Origin: the human T2T-CHM13v2.0 reference genome, Homo sapiens
Reading direction: 5' to 3' (one strand)
Assembly (NCBI RefSeq): GCF_009914755.1
Contig: NC_060926.1
DNA: 64,000 nucleotides
Below are positions 50,941-64,000 of this stretch, piece after piece. The position numbers and the translations under genes were made by a program. Positions within the stretch are counted from its first letter, which is position 1, and each line of letters begins with the position of its first letter. The notes under the pieces are model-generated. The model saw nothing but the letters and a program-made list of their open reading frames with translations, searched no databases and had not been told where the DNA came from.

Positions 50941-51867
50941 CAGACTCGTGCTTAAAATATGCCTTCATTATACAGTTATTCACATTTTTTAATCAAATCA
51001 ATGCTCTCAAGTCAACATTTTTATATGAGTGACAGAAAAATCCTGTTATAACCAAATGAGATTATACTTGAAAGGCCCTAAGAGAGTTCCTGATGCAAGT
51101 ATGTTCTTAATAATGTTCAATTTGAATCATTTTATGAAATAAAATACACTTCAGATCTGTAGGTCAAACTAAATCTACCAGAGAGCTGACCCACACAAGA
51201 TGCTTCAGCTTGACGCTTGCCAACTGTTCATTTTATTTTACATATAGACAATTTCTGAGGGTTATGGTGCTGAATGGCAGATAATTATTTAGCTTTTCTT
51301 ATGCAAAGTTAAGCATTTTCACCAGTGATTGTATAACCTGTATCTTGTATGTATTTTTAGATAACAAATTTGCCTTCCATAATGCTTCCCACATACACAC
51401 TCGGAAAATACAAAGTACTACCCATGACCTTGTAGCTACACTGGTTCTTATGTTCCGCTTCTGCTTGGTACATCGTGGTACAGTTAAGTAAGGCCAAGCT
51501 ATGAGAGGCAGCTGAAGGAAAAACAAAGTCTTTTGATTTTTTTTGGTCTGATCTCTCTTTAGTTCTTTTGAAATAAGAATAAGAGAATATTGTGTTTTTT
51601 GGTGACACTACCAATTAGCCCGAGAACCAGGTCAAAAGCTCTGCAGACAGCTTGGCGAGCATGTGAGCAGCAATGGCCCTCAGTTTATTTCCACAGCTTA
51701 GAAGAAGGAGCAAGACAGATTTCCTGCAGGAATCTGGAGGAGCTGAACAACACATTGGGACGGCACTCTCAGAAAACCCTGTAAGCATTTGATAAGACTT
51801 CTTTAGAAGTCTGCATTAAAACTCAACTACATAACAGTCTGATCGAAGAAATAAGACTTGTGTTTTA

Positions 51868-52100
51868 TTTATAAGATCAGTAGGGTGAGTATGGTTCACA
51901 ATAATCTATTGACTATTTCAAAATAGCTAGAAGAGAACTTGAATGCTTCCAGCCTAAAGAAATGACAAATATTTAAGGTGACAGATACCCCAATCAGACT
52001 GATTTGATCTTTACAAATTGTATGCATGTATTAAATTATTACAAGTACCAGGAAAATATGTAGTCCACTATAAATCAAAAAAAAAATTAAAAAATAAAAC
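51868..52100 (+). mobile_element. L1MA-like 3' end
   Basis: agtagggtgagtatggttcacaataatctattgactatttcaaaatagctagaagagaacttgaatg...poly(A). Confidence 0.8.
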
Positions 52101-52513
52101 TGAATAACTCAGATGCAAGTGTTTCAATTAAATAAATTCTTAAACATTAGAATGTGAAAAACCACAGCTGCCATGCAGGGGAAGCTGCGGGAGAGAAATG
52201 TCCCTCTTCTCTGCGACTGAATTTCCTGAAAGCAGCTGCTGAGAGGGTACCACCCCATCTCCCTCTTGTGTGGTCAGCCTGCTTCACACCCACACAGCTG
52301 AGTCCCGGGCTGTTGTCCTGTCAGAGCATCACCCCCTTCTGGATGATTGACTGCTGTCAGCCTTCAAGCCCCACATCTGGACAACCCGCTAAGAAAGCTG
52401 GGCTTCCTCCTCCACCCTGCCGTTCTCTCACGCCACTCTTGGGCTGGCCTTGGAGCCTGCCCCAATCTCCCTAAAAGCCTCACTACATGGGGAATAAACC
52501 TTTTCCTCCCTCC

Positions 52514-52514
<1 letters not shown>

Positions 52515-52558
<44 letters not shown>
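52515..52558. repeat. (TG)22 microsatellite
   Basis: Uninterrupted TG run. Confidence 0.97.
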
Positions 52559-52559
<1 letters not shown>

Positions 52560-53949
52560 CATGGCCAGTCTCAATATGTAAACCAAGCTTAAGTGGAGCG
52601 TCCTTCCAGCAACAACACCCCCTCCATTCCTCAGACCAACAGATCTTTTCCTTACATCCCATTCTTAGGGGGCTTAGAAACTGGACTCTGATCTCTAACA
52701 ATAATTTATCCTCAACTTAAACCCAAATACCTTCCTCTTCAGTAAAGTGAAAGGGCCCATGTAAATTCTCCCTGGAAAAAGCAGTCGTTTTTGTTTTTTC
52801 AAATTCCAATCTTGAGTAAAAGCCAGACTGCTCTGGCTTGATGACCCAGTGTGAGCTCTAGCTCTGGAAACACAGCAAAGGACTGTACATGTCCAAAGCC
52901 AAGCCAGCAGCAGGACTTTCTGAGCTTTGGGCTTTGCTACAACTGTCATCCAAAAAGAAACCGTTAGTGGTATTTAAAGCAAATGTAGCATTGTCTTTCC
53001 TCAGACCACTGACTTTCACGACTTCACTTCTCACAATCTCAACTCTCTTTACTAATCTCTCTCTCTTTACCACAAAAACTTCCCCCTCCCCCAAATTAAT
53101 CCCTAATCCAGATACACGTATTCAGTCACTAATTTAGACAATTATTCAGTACCTCTGATGTTCCAAGAACCAGGGAACTCTCCACCCTGTAGAATCTGGG
53201 AGTCTAAAGGTTGAGATTGTCGAACATAAATTAACCCCACGCCGGCCTTCTGGCTAAGCTTAGGGTCACTTACACTTATGCCCCTGGAAGAATGAGTCTG
53301 ACATTCACTCTCCAGTGAAACCACAGCACGATGCAATAAGCTATCCAGGAGCAGCCTCAGACAGCAGTGGCTGTTAAGCAGCATCCTTTGCACAACTAGA
53401 CCTTGTTAGTTAAGAGAACTGACCTTAAGAACAGGCCATTAATGAACACACAATTAAGACTGCAATCTTTTTCCACCAGGATTCTCTAGGAGAATTAAGC
53501 ACGAATGTCCTAAGGCATCCATTGCAACTAATAGGTTAGCATCTCCCCAGATATTCTAGAATAATAGTACAAATAATTAAGAAGGTGGTACTCCAATCCC
53601 TTTCTGTGTTTGGAAGGTCAGATGAAGAACCTGGAGCAAATGTAACATTTTTGCAGCACTGGATACACCATGTGGAAGGTACGGGAGATGTCCGGAGAAA
53701 AACTGAGACTGACCCAGGCAAAAAACAATGCGCCACAACTTTAGCCCAGAACAGGCAAGCTTTGTTGCCAGTCACAAATATCAGAAGTGAAAGGGGGTAT
53801 TTAAGGACCATTTTATTCAACTTAAAAATTTTTTATTTTACAGATTTGATTCAGGAAGATTAAGTACTTTGTTCACTGTTCTATAACTAACAAAAGAAGA
53901 GCTAAAACTTAACAATTACAGTTGAATCTCCATCCCACTGTAGAATGTA

Positions 53950-56900
53950 TCTACAAATCAGAATGACACTGCAGTGGTGGCATAAAGAGGCCACAGACCC
54001 TCTCCACAGCAAAATAACCGTAACTGGTAAAAATTATTTTAAAAATTAACACTTCTGGAAATTGTCCTAAGGGCATATGGCAAGTGAAGAAAATGAAGAC
54101 ACATTGATTCAATGAACACTATTAAATATTGGTAAGGAAGAGAGAGTTGGTGACATTTGAGCTATAACCTGTGCCCCGCTGCAGGTCAGCCTGATGGAAG
54201 CTCCTCTTGGGGAAGGGGGTTTGCAAGAACACAGACTTCCTTCCCCCAGCCCCTGGTCAGGGCTGCAGTATATCCACAGGAGAGGCTTCTGCCAGCATTT
54301 CTCTTCCCACAGCTCCTTGTACAGAAGCTCCATTCCAGGCAAGAGCAGCTGAGAGGTCTGGAGCTTCCTTCCTCCACCCAGAACCCATGTGTAAGTGAAG
54401 GCTCCAGCCTAGCACAACAGTCCAGGAGCACCAGGACCCCACTCACTCTTGCCCCAGTTCACCTGTGGGGCAAAAGCTCCACCCTGACAGAGGCAAGCCA
54501 AGCTACTACCCCACCCAAGGCTGCAGGGATGTCACTCCAAGAGAAGGGAGCCACTGCCCCAGCCTCCAGCTCTGGAGCAACGGCACAGAGATCTTGGGCA
54601 GACAGAGAGACAGGCTGCAAGAGCAGAGAGCTCCAAAGCTCTCCCCAAGGGAAGTGAAAGCTTTTGGAACACAGGGTGGGGAAGTTCAAAGGTGCTGTCA
54701 AAAATGATGCTTTTGGTGATAAACAGGTAAGATGAGGTATTTAGCTCCATGACAGCAACAAGCTAAACCATTGGTGGTCTAGAAAATTATCAGGGAGAAC
54801 CAGGGACAGAGATAGCTAAGAAGAGCCCTCCTGAAATAGAAATGAGCCTCAAAGACTACCTGTGCACAGGAGCACAATTTTAACTGGATCAAACTGTGGA
54901 GCAATTTATGTCCCCAGGGCATTGTTGGAAACAATGGAGCAATCAGCAGGCAATTAGTGGAGGCTAACAACAGTGTGTAATACCAATGGAGACAAACAGC
55001 TTAACAGACAGGTCACGGACAGGGACAGTCAGAACACCTATCATCTCAGGAAAACTATATGCATGCCCATAGACAACATTGGAGGCTTCACAGTAGTGGG
55101 GCACAGAATTCATTCAAACAGTCCAGCCATATCTCTAAACAAACAGCAAGCAAACAATAAGAGGCTCCTAGGGGGAGAGGCTGAGCACCCAGAGTTGATA
55201 CAATATAATATCTAAAATTTCTGATTCTCAACCAAAAATAATAAGACAAAGAAGTGGGAGAGTGTGACCCATACATAGAAAAAAAATTTAAAAAGGAAGC
55301 AGACGAGAATGACTGCTGTTCAGATGGTCCAGCTATCAGATTTAGCAGACAAAGACTTTAAAACAGCTGTCATAAATATGTTCAAAGAATTAAAGAAAAC
55401 TATGGTTAAGAAGTAGAAAAACGTACAATGAGAATATCTTATTGAATAGAGAATATTGATAAAAACATAAAATTATATAAAAGAACCAAATGGAAATTCT
55501 GGAGGTAAAAAGTACATTAAGCAACATGAACAATTTACTAGAGAAGTTTAACGGTAGATCTGAGCACGCAAAATAAAGAACTGGTAAATTTGAATAATAG
55601 AAAGTCTTAAAAACTAAGAGAAAGAGAATGAAGAAAAATTGACAGAAACACAAGAAACCTGGGACACCATTAGGTGCACCAACATATGTGTGATGTAAGT
55701 ACTAGAAGGCAAGGAAAAAGAGAAAGAAGCAGAAAATTTTCTCAAAGAAATAATGGCTGAAAATTCTCAATCTGATGAAAAACATGGATCTACACTCAAG
55801 AAGCTCAACAAATTCTGAGTAGAATAAATGTAAAAAGATAACACTCTGGATAGATAATTGTAAAAAATCTTAAAATGCAAGAGAAAATCTGGAAAGGAGC
55901 AAGAGAAAAATGACTCATCACATAAAAGGAACCCCAATTAGAATAATAGATAGATTTCTCTTCAAAAACAGTAGACTTCAGAAAACAGTAGGATGACAAA
56001 ATGCTGAAAGAAAGAACTGGTCAACTTAGAATCTTATAATCAGCAAAAGTATATTTCAAAAATGAAGGGGATATGAAGACATTCCCAGATTAAAAATTTT
56101 TTTTTAAGTTGAGAGAATTTGTTGCTAGTAGAACCATTTTACAAGAAATATTATAAATTCTAAACAAAGTCCTTCAGGCTGAAAGCAAGTGACTCTAGAG
56201 AGTAATTTAAATCCACACTTTAAAAAATCACCAGTAAAGATAATTATCTAACCATAAATAATAGTATAAATGCATAGTTCTTCTCTTTTCTCTTAATTGG
56301 TTTAAAAATAAATTTTTTCTATATTTTAAGTCTGTAACTATAGAAATATTATATACTAGACAATAACCGTACAAAAGAGTCAGGTGGGAGCAAAGTTGTC
56401 TTGGAGTAAGGAAATGACACCAGATGGTAACCTGAATGAACAGAAACAATGGAACAGAACAAAAAATGGGAAATAAAAAAGGTTAATATAGCAAGTTCAA
56501 TGAGTAAATACTTGCTCTCAATTATTCTCTGAGTTTCTCTAAAAGACATAAAATTATATACATTATTAACTATAATCATGAATTGCTGAGTGTGTATCAT
56601 ATATAGATTTAATATGTATAACAGTAATAGCACAAAAAAGGAGAAAAAAAACTAGAACCATATGAGAGTAATGTTTTTGTATCTTATTAAATCAAGTTCC
56701 CATAAATTAGAAATAGTTAAGACATATTGTAAGCTCTGGAACAACCATTAAGAAAATGACTCAAAAATAGAGTTAAAAAATCATAAAAGGAATCAAAATG
56801 CCATAGTACAAAATGTTCACTTAATTGAAAACAGTAAAGTGGAAACAGAGGGACAAAAACGGCATGAGATATAGAAAAAAGTAAAATGGCTGATATAAAT

Positions 56901-57900
56901 CCAATGATATCAATAATCTATTAAATGTGAATGAATTAAACAACCAAATAAAAAGGCAGAGATTATTAGCATGGATAAAACAACAATAACAACAACAACA
57001 ACAACATCCAATTATATGCTCCATAGGAGACACGCTTTAGATTCAAAGTTACCATTAGATTGACAGTAAAAGGATGGAGAAAGATGTGTCATGCAGATGG
57101 CAACCTAAGAAAGCTGGAGTGGCACTCTTTATATCAAACAACAAAAAATGTAATTAGGATTAAACAGGGACATATTATAATGATAAAATGGTCAATCAAC
57201 CAAAGAGATATAACAATTATAAACATAGTAATACACATATATTTATACAAGCACATAATATCGGAGACCCAAATACATGAATCAAAAACTGACAATCTAG
57301 AAGGAAGACATAGACAATTTAACAAAAATAGCTCGATGTGTCAATAACCCACTTTTAATAATGAAGAGAACAATTAGTCATAAGATTATCAAGGATATGG
57401 AACAACTAAACAACCATGTAAACCAACTAGACCCAATGGACTCCTGGAGAACACTTTACCCAATAACACAGAACACACATTCTTCTCCAGCACACATGGA
57501 ACATTGTACAGGACAAAAGTCTATATTTGAGGCCATAAAAGAAGCCTTAACCCATTTAAAAGGACTGAAATTATACAAAATGTTTTCTTTGACCCCAATG
57601 GAATGAAATTTGAAATCAAGGACAAGATAAATTTGGGAAATTTATAAATATGTGGACATTAAGCAACACACTCTTAAATAACAAATGGCTCAAAGAAGAA
57701 ATCACATGAGAAATTAGATAATATTTTGAGATTAAGGAAAATGAAGACACAACATACCCACACTTATGGAAGGCAGCCAGGGCAATGCTCAGAGGGAATA
57801 TGTAGCTGTAAATGTGTCTATTAAAAAAAAAACAGACCTCGAGTCGGTAACCTGAACTACCTATCAACATGGACGAAGAAGAGTTTAACTAAACTTTAAG
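53950..57900 (+). mobile_element. Old L1M element: 5' region, decayed ORF1 (~55200-56230), inter-ORF region, ORF2 endonuclease region (~56880-57900)
   Basis: ORF1-like gatttagcagacaaagactttaaaacagctgtcataaatatgttcaaagaatt; ORF2-like ttaaatgtgaatgaattaaacaaccaaataaaaagg and ORF-track peptide GHIIMIKWSINQRDITIINI; many stops. Confidence 0.85.
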
Positions 57901-58469
57901 CAACAGCCTTGCTTGGACCTTTCCCCTTCTTTCCCTTAGTACCTTAAGTTTCTTCCCCGGAAGAACATTTGCTCAGTATATCACATGCACTTGAACTGGT
58001 ATCAGGCTCCGCTTCTAGTGAACCATATCTGACAACCACACACTAGCTGTGTGATCTTAGGTAAGACACTAATGTCTCTGTATATTGAAAATAATGTGTG
58101 TTTTGCCTACCTTGTATAGTGCCCTAAAAACAGTGGCTTGTTATTCAGAAGAATGTTACAGTGAGGTGGGCTTTACCACCCAAGCACCTGTGAAACCAAG
58201 AACAAGTAACTTTCCTGAACCTTTCTTTTTTCCCTATTGAGGGATGTGCAGACAAGACAGACTACAGGGAACTCTGTCTTTCGAATAACATGCTGCCTGG
58301 ATGTGGGAGCAGACGCTTCCCAATCTGCCCCTCTCTGGCTGCCTCCTACTGGAGAATTCTCCTGGCTTAGCTATTTTACGGATAAAATGAGAGCGATGAC
58401 AACCACCTTCCATGGCTATGAAAATGATTCCATAATAGCATGTGTACAAGTTTTGTAAAAAAAAAAAAT

Positions 58470-58884
<415 letters not shown>

Positions 58885-60168
58885 TTACGTGTGTGCCATC
58901 TATGTGCTTGAAAGGAAAACCCTGTGTGGTTACAGGTCCTGTCATTGTCCCATTTTACAGAAAAGGAAGCATTCATGGGTGTCTCGTCAGTCTCTGTGGA
59001 CGTAGGTGTGAAGTTTGAGAAAGTCTCGGCCTTCCCGGTACTCACAGTGCACTTGAGGGCTGGTCCTTACTATTTGTGGCTGCTAGGACATGGTAGGGGC
59101 AAGTTCCCAGAGAAGCCAGGTCCAAAGGGGATGCTCAGCTCAGCCAGTGACCTGAGTCAGAAGTGCCCTCAGAGGTTGGTCCCTTCAGGAAGGACGTGTC
59201 TACCCTCCAGCCCCTCCGTGGTCTCAGTGGGCACCAGATCTGCTGTGATGAGAACAGCCTGAGGGAACCACTCTGGATACCCCATGCTCCCGTTCTGACT
59301 CCCTCCCTCATTAAGACAGCAGGCGGGAGTGCTCTGTTAGGATGGAGGCTCAGACAGAATCAGAGAGTGCTTCATGGAGAGCAAACAGTGCTTTCTGTTA
59401 ACATTGAAAAATAGCCGACTGCTGTGACATCACTGCACACTCACAATTACACGCAGAGACTTATCTGTGGGGCTCTGAGAAGCAAAGTCAGATCATGGTT
59501 AAGAAGTTTAAAACTCATGTCTCCAATCCCTAGGAGATGCTTCTTATCTCTGTTTGAAATTGACATTTAAAAGTTAATAGTTATGTTATTTAAATGAAAT
59601 TCCATAGTTAATTTCCATACTGTCATGAAGACAGGCTTTGCAATAAAAAGTTTCTGTAAATGGCAAGCCTAAATAAGCTGCAAAGATGAAGAAGATATTA
59701 AAAATAAAATTATATTTTGTGTCATTTCAAGGGCTTTTACTGTATAAATCCATATTTAATCATCAATATAAGCCCAGAGACTCATATAAGGCTATCTTTA
59801 ACTGTGTTTTGCAGATGTAGAAGCTGAGGTGTGGAGAAGAAAAGCTACTTCCTAACATCACAGACTGGAAGCACCCAGGTCAGAATTGGAGCCAGAATGG
59901 TCTGACCCAGTCTTCTCTCTTACAGCACACCACTGTCTCGTATTGTCTTTTAAAAATAATACTGGTTTGAGAGGAGAAGATTGATTATTTATGTGTAAAG
60001 TAGTCACCCCATGGCCCAGGATGGTCTTATTTAGTCAAAAATATGAACAGCAATTCCACTGTGCAGCGCACCAGTCTTGAGAATTGTTAACAAAACAATA
60101 AACTATTGAATCATCACAACTAAAAAAAAATAAAAATAAAAATAAAATAATACTGTGTATCAGTCTAA

Positions 60169-60488
<320 letters not shown>

Positions 60489-61792
60489 TCAGTCTATAAA
60501 ATGCTTAAAGTCTTTCTATTTCATTTACTGGATGAAGGGACTACATTTTACTTGCACTTGTTTTTCAGGGCTTCTAATGTGCCCTATGGCTAAAAGTCCA
60601 AAATTTTCAAAGAATTACCATGGAAACTCTCAATTTTTGGTCTCTAATATATTGAAATTTAATACAGACATCATTTCTGAGTCTCTCATCATTTTTGAAA
60701 TAAATGCTCAAAGCATGCCCCCAGCCTCACAAGGAGCCAGAGGGTTGTGGGAAGAACAGGTTGTGACTTAGCACAGTTTAGCAGCATGATCTATTGAGAG
60801 AAAAAGGCCCTTCTACAAGGAGGGCCAGGGGACTGGGTGGAGGTGGGGAAAGGGGAAGAGAGGGGAGGGAGGGAAGGGAGGAGGAAGGGGAGGGAAGCCA
60901 CAATCACTGATGAAAATGCACTTTCCACCAGAGGGCGATATTTTTGAAAGCTTTGATTTGGTTGCACATGGTACAAAAATGCAGTCATGATAAGCAAAAC
61001 TAAAATATGTTCCTTTTATACTACAAATTTATACAGCAGTGAGTAAGAAAGATTGAATAAAGATGAAAAAAGAGTTAGAAATACTTCCTCCTAATAAGGC
61101 TGAGGGAATTTACAACTATGTCAACAGGGCAAATCTACAAAGGATAGCTTAGGAAGAAATGGACTGAAATTTGAGAAGAAAATGAGTTGAGCATACCAGG
61201 AGATTCAATTTCCAGGCCCTTGCAAAACGACAGACTGAAGATGAGCATCAGCCCTAAGAGGATCCCCGTGTAGGAGGCCTCTGTGAGTGTGCATGTCTGC
61301 CCGACAGACGCCACAATCCCAGGAGCAACATTATAAACTGAAATAACGTGAAGTTCTTCTTTACTTAAAGAATGTGGAGGGATTTGAATATCATATGTTA
61401 CAAAACTGGATTTTGCCACAAATGATGATGCACTGCCCACGTAATTTCAATGCCCACTGAAGGAGAACAGTGGCTTTGCCATGAGCAGTCCATAAACTGC
61501 CAATGACAGCTGGCCAGGTGTTGGGATGTGCCTGTTATACAAATGTGCATGAGACAGAAGCAGATAAAATGGCGAATGAAAGAAATCCTACTACTAAGGA
61601 AAGAAAAGGAAAGTAAATGGGAACCATCAGATAGCTTTAGTTAGACATTCATCGAGAAAATAAAGGAAACAATTTTTCCTAAGTGCCAATGGTAACAATA
61701 AGAACGCTAGGAAACCTCTCAGTTTTCACAGGTTGCATCTTAGGTGTCTTCAGAGGATATGGCAGTTGTATGGACGTGCACAAGCTACTTAC

Positions 61793-61857
61793 CTCAATTC
61801 CTATTTCAAATCCTCCACCAAGGCCAGCTATCCCAATGGCTGAGGGTGCAGACCATT
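61793..61857 (-). CDS. SH3YL1: SH3YL1 exon 4 (65 nt, SYLF domain); missed by the ORF track
   Basis: tag|AA TGG TCT...ATT GAG|gtaagt; (K)WSAPSAIGIAGLGGGFEIGIE, the Ysc84-family WSAPS motif. Confidence 0.97.
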
Positions 61858-63985
61858 CTAATAAAAAAACAAACGAACGTTATCCTAACATTAAAACACC
61901 CTCGACATGTAAATATAGGAAGGAAAAATGCTAAAATCTAAAGAGTGCTTCTATTGAAAATAATGAGACTTGGTATTTCCCCTGATTTTAAAGTGATCTT
62001 CAAAAAGAATATGTAATTTTTAAAAAGTTAAAAATATTTTTAAAGTATTAGATATTCATTATGAGTCTCATAGCCTCACAAGCCCATGTCCTCTAATCTT
62101 TCTCTACCAACATGCATAAGACCACCAACTACTGGTTCCCTAACCATTAGCCATACAGAGCACTTGGTAACTTCAACTGTCAATATTTTTATAGAACAAC
62201 TTAGCTGTAGGTCTAGTCTTCAGCTAGAATTTTGTCACAGATTTAAGAGATCAGAAGGATTCGAGAGAGTTGATTATCTAACGGTAACATAATAATTGTT
62301 TCCATTGTAAATTTCTGAGGGCAAAAACTGTTTTAACACCTCTCGTGCTTAAGCAGAATAAATAGGCTATAAATTCAAGGTTATTAAAATTCTAACAAGA
62401 TAAATCACATTTAGAAACTAAGTACAGTAATTCCATTTGCCATGATACGGCACATTTTAGGATTACTATATGCTTATTTTTCTTGATATAGAAACTCATG
62501 TTAAACAAGTCTAGAAAAATGTATTTTCAATTTGGTGGGGGGATGGTCTGGCCAAAGCACTTTTTGAAAATGGTTGCTACCATGCATGCTAGATACTAGA
62601 ATATTGCTGAAATATATCCAGAACTATCCTACCCAGGCTTAGAGAAGTTTGGCTTACAGAAATTAGTGTCTGATAATTTTTCGTTCCCTATGTTAGGAAC
62701 TGTCCCTGTGTTAAGATGGCTGGTCTTGGCCAGGATCCTGGGGAACATGTTGTGTCTTATTTGGACAGTTTTTAAATTACTCTCAGCAGAGTCAGCAGCT
62801 GCAGCTCAGGAAGAAGGGAGAGAAATGTAGGTTTTAAAACCAGTAGAAAGGTTTGCTGGGGCTCTGAGAGGAGCCCAGGGCTTGGTATTGACTGTCCCTA
62901 CCCTTGGTCAGCAAGTCACCCCATCAATGGAGCAGTTGGGGACCTGAGACATGCAGGGACTTTCTCACAGACTCTGAGTCCCATCTGACAATGGGCTCCC
63001 TTGGAATGTGCCTCTACTTTGTTTGGTTTTACTGCTGAGAAGTCTGCTCATGGAAATTTGGATAATGCTTGAGAAAAAGAGAATTATTTTCTTCTCATTT
63101 TCAAAGCCACACATTGAGCTATGAAAACTGATCCACATAATAAGGAAGAGGTTTTTGTTGACTGCGGGGATACCTTGGTAAGAAATGGTGAATCTGCTGA
63201 CTGCTATTTCAAGGCCATATATTTCACAAATGTATATATTGTATATTTATTGTCTGTAAGTGTCCCATGCTCTCTCAAAATAAAATAAAATTATGCTAAA
63301 AAACTGCTACTAATAGAAAAACGTGTTCACTGAACAGCAAATGTTAAATTGGTATAAAAAACATTTTAGTTAGTTTTGACACACCTGTGTCCATTTTAAA
63401 TACTACTATAAATGTTAGTACTTGGGATTCATGGCAAATATTTTGATTTCATCTCTAAAGAATCAAGTAGTAGATTTCATCCCAGAAAGTAAAACTCGAT
63501 GATACTGCTCTTGATATGATTCTGCCTTGGGGAAAACTCTTCAAATGTCACAGTTTTTATGATCTACCACAGAAACAAAGAAATTCACATATGGCCCCTT
63601 ATTTTCATATCAATTTCCATAAAACAAAAGAAAGCAGCTACACCATGAAGTTGAGGAATAAGAATTCATATTAAACAAAAGAAATGCACATACTGCCATG
63701 TTTCAATATTTGCTCCACGGAAGAATTACAAAATGCATGCAAAACAAAGTTATATCTACCTGTCTTGTCTTCTCTAATATTTTGAGGACAGAGAGAGACG
63801 GAAAGGCTGGTTCCTGTGGCTTGTTCACTGACACCAAACTGCACGTTCAGTCGAGTAGCCCTTATTACATAAGTTTTAGTTGATATGCAGGAAACCTGTC
63901 CTACTCGCTATGCAATGTGTTCACATGAAAACAGACAGAACAAAGAATGAAGACTCTCTACTCCAGTGAACAGACGCCAACTTAC

Positions 63986-64000
63986 TTCCATCTGGAAGGC
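63986..64000 (-). CDS. SH3YL1: SH3YL1 exon 3, 3' end only (continues beyond the window)
   Basis: GC CTT CCA GAT GGA A|gtaag = (R)LPDG plus the first base of K, in phase with exon 4. Confidence 0.85.

Noticed and set aside
52154-52610. Possible ERV LTR around the (TG)22 repeat (starts TGTG, contains AATAAA)
   Set aside because: I could not assign a family, a 3' end or a TSD with confidence; needs RepeatMasker/Dfam.

Overview
Primate (human-like) genomic DNA, not prokaryotic. The right half holds the 3' two-thirds of SH3YL1 (SYLF/Ysc84 domain plus C-terminal SH3 domain) on the minus strand. I rebuilt a 15-nt tail of exon 3 and exons 4-10 (65, 113, 129, 169, 79, 57 and 191 coding nt). All have GT-AG boundaries and consistent phases, followed by a 3' UTR and AATAAA. 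Exon numbers and the 2p25.3 location come from my recall of the human gene. The left half is intergenic and has a 52-bp CpG-rich VNTR bracketed by a 399-bp near-identical direct duplication, a ~6.5-kb almost pure GGAA/GGGA purine tract, and a small CpG-rich element followed by a 24-bp VNTR. Solo LTRs, Tigger1, L1, L2, MIR and Alu copies are scattered across the window. The very long ORFs in the track are repeat artefacts. Strongest leads: (1) a young AluYa5 and an older Alu form an inverted pair around the 79-nt exon 8, and skipping that exon would give an NMD-escaping, SH3-less protein; (2) exons 9 and 5 start with GT, so splicing recreates 5' splice sites (recursive-splicing candidates); (3) the 52-bp VNTR has 16 tandem TGACGTGG (UPRE-type) sites; (4) the 399-bp duplicate is a templated insertion with a fold-back junction that splits a MIR. 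All functional claims are hypotheses from reading the sequence only.
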